Source: a virus
Reading direction: 5' to 3' (one strand)
IMG/VR virus record: IMGVR_UViG_3300025276_000024
Location: 50,830 to 114,829 of that record
DNA length: 64,000 nt
Positions within the stretch are counted from its first letter, which is position 1. Every line of letters starts with the position of its first letter. A program made the position numbers and the translations under genes. Shown piece after piece: positions 63,239 to 64,000 of the stretch. A model generated the notes under the pieces. That model worked only from the letters and a program-made list of their open reading frames with translations. It was not told the DNA's origin and did not search any database.

Positions 63239-63550
63239 TTAAAGTCTTCTTTGGAAAATTAATACTATAAACGGTAGCTTAACTTCCCAATGGTGAGCTA
63301 CTTTCTCTACGTCAAGACCAATACCAGGTCTAGAGTTTATCTTAATACGAGGTATTAGGAAAACCCTGCTCATATTAACTGACCAGAAGATAGCATTAAC
63401 AAATGATAGCACGGTCATAATAAGAAATCCTGTTGTTAATATTGGTTCTACCGGTTGATATACTAATAGATTAACGACTACAATAGTCATAAGTACAGGT
63501 ACAACAACTACAAATAGTAGTTTGATTAGATATTTGAATAGGTATTTCAT
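63239..63550 (-). CDS. Membrane protein with two TM helices
   Basis: LLFVVVVPVLMTIVVVNLLV and FLIMTVLSFVNAIFW. Confidence 0.6.
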   Translation of the reverse strand: MKYLFKYLIKLLFVVVVPVLMTIVVVNLLVYQPVEPILTTGFLIMTVLSFVNAIFWSVNMSRVFLIPRIKINSRPGIGLDVEKVAHHWEVKLPFIVLIFQRRL

Positions 63551-63717
63551 GATAGTTTATGGTTTAAGTGATTAATGATTAATACATCTTGACATGTATA
63601 TGAATATTTTCTATACTTTCTCATCTTCTTACATCCACGTCTAGAGGATCCACAAGATTGAAGCATTGGTCCTCCAACGAAGAGGAATAACATAAGGTAA
63701 AGGAATTTCTTTTTCAT
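63547..63717 (-). CDS. Unannotated small lipoprotein (56 aa)
   Basis: MKKKFLYLMLFLFVGGPMLQS-C lipobox; ATGA overlap with the downstream gene. Confidence 0.55.
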   Translation of the reverse strand: MKKKFLYLMLFLFVGGPMLQSCGSSRRGCKKMRKYRKYSYTCQDVLIINHLNHKLS

Positions 63718-64000
63718 AACGATTTAGTTTTACTGATTAATTTTCTTTCTTTGATTCTATATAACACTGCTTTAATTAGTGATAGACACTAGAGTGATCA
63801 ATCCCTAGTGTCATTGTAGTCATAAGATATACCGCCAAGTGTTACTACTTAAACCAAACCTTGGCACGGTGTAATAAATGAGTTTAGATTACTGTAAGTT
63901 CTCTCTTACGCCAACAGCTTATTGGATAGACTCAACCATATTTAGAGTGGTATTTAATCCGTTGCCACTATTAATTAAAGGGTGTGCTGTTACACACACC

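Overview
AT-rich, gene-dense fragment of a large lytic dsDNA phage of the crAss-like (Crassvirales-type) lineage, most likely infecting Bacteroidota/Flavobacteriia. Host clues are TAnnTTTG promoter elements, Bacteroidota-type GroEL, class Id-like RNR, Gln-after-signal-peptide exported proteins and A-rich starts without Shine-Dalgarno sites. 1-27.7 kb (+): five large virion cargo/ejection proteins, including a 4639-aa protein carrying a zincin HEAFH motif and the DFDID catalytic motif of crAss-type virion RNA polymerase, and a 1948-aa protein with a PD-(D/E)xK nuclease domain. 27.8-30.2 kb (+): four-gene exported/envelope cassette. 30.3-32.9 kb (-): nrdB-nrdA. 33.1-39.0 kb (+): small basic xxGG-motif proteins, two paralogous fibre-like proteins, a holin-like gene and an unannotated 27-aa CDGSH peptide. 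39-64 kb (-): replication/early block with DUF5664, DUF932, GroEL, PolB, exonuclease, a MoxR AAA+/vWA-metallopeptidase module with paralogous partners, resolvase, primase, SSB-like, Sak4-like ATPase, DnaB, a DnaA domain IV-like protein, UDG, NinB-like, SF2 helicase, tRNA-Arg(TCT), HNH and many small ORFs. Most notable: only two cysteines seen in about 9,200 aa of cargo proteins, at the abutting ends of the two largest; a recurring hydrophobic-x-x-G-G motif; the MoxR/vWA module with a shared helical motif; the envelope cassette; a likely dimanganese class Id RNR. All assignments come from motif recognition by eye; no searches were run.
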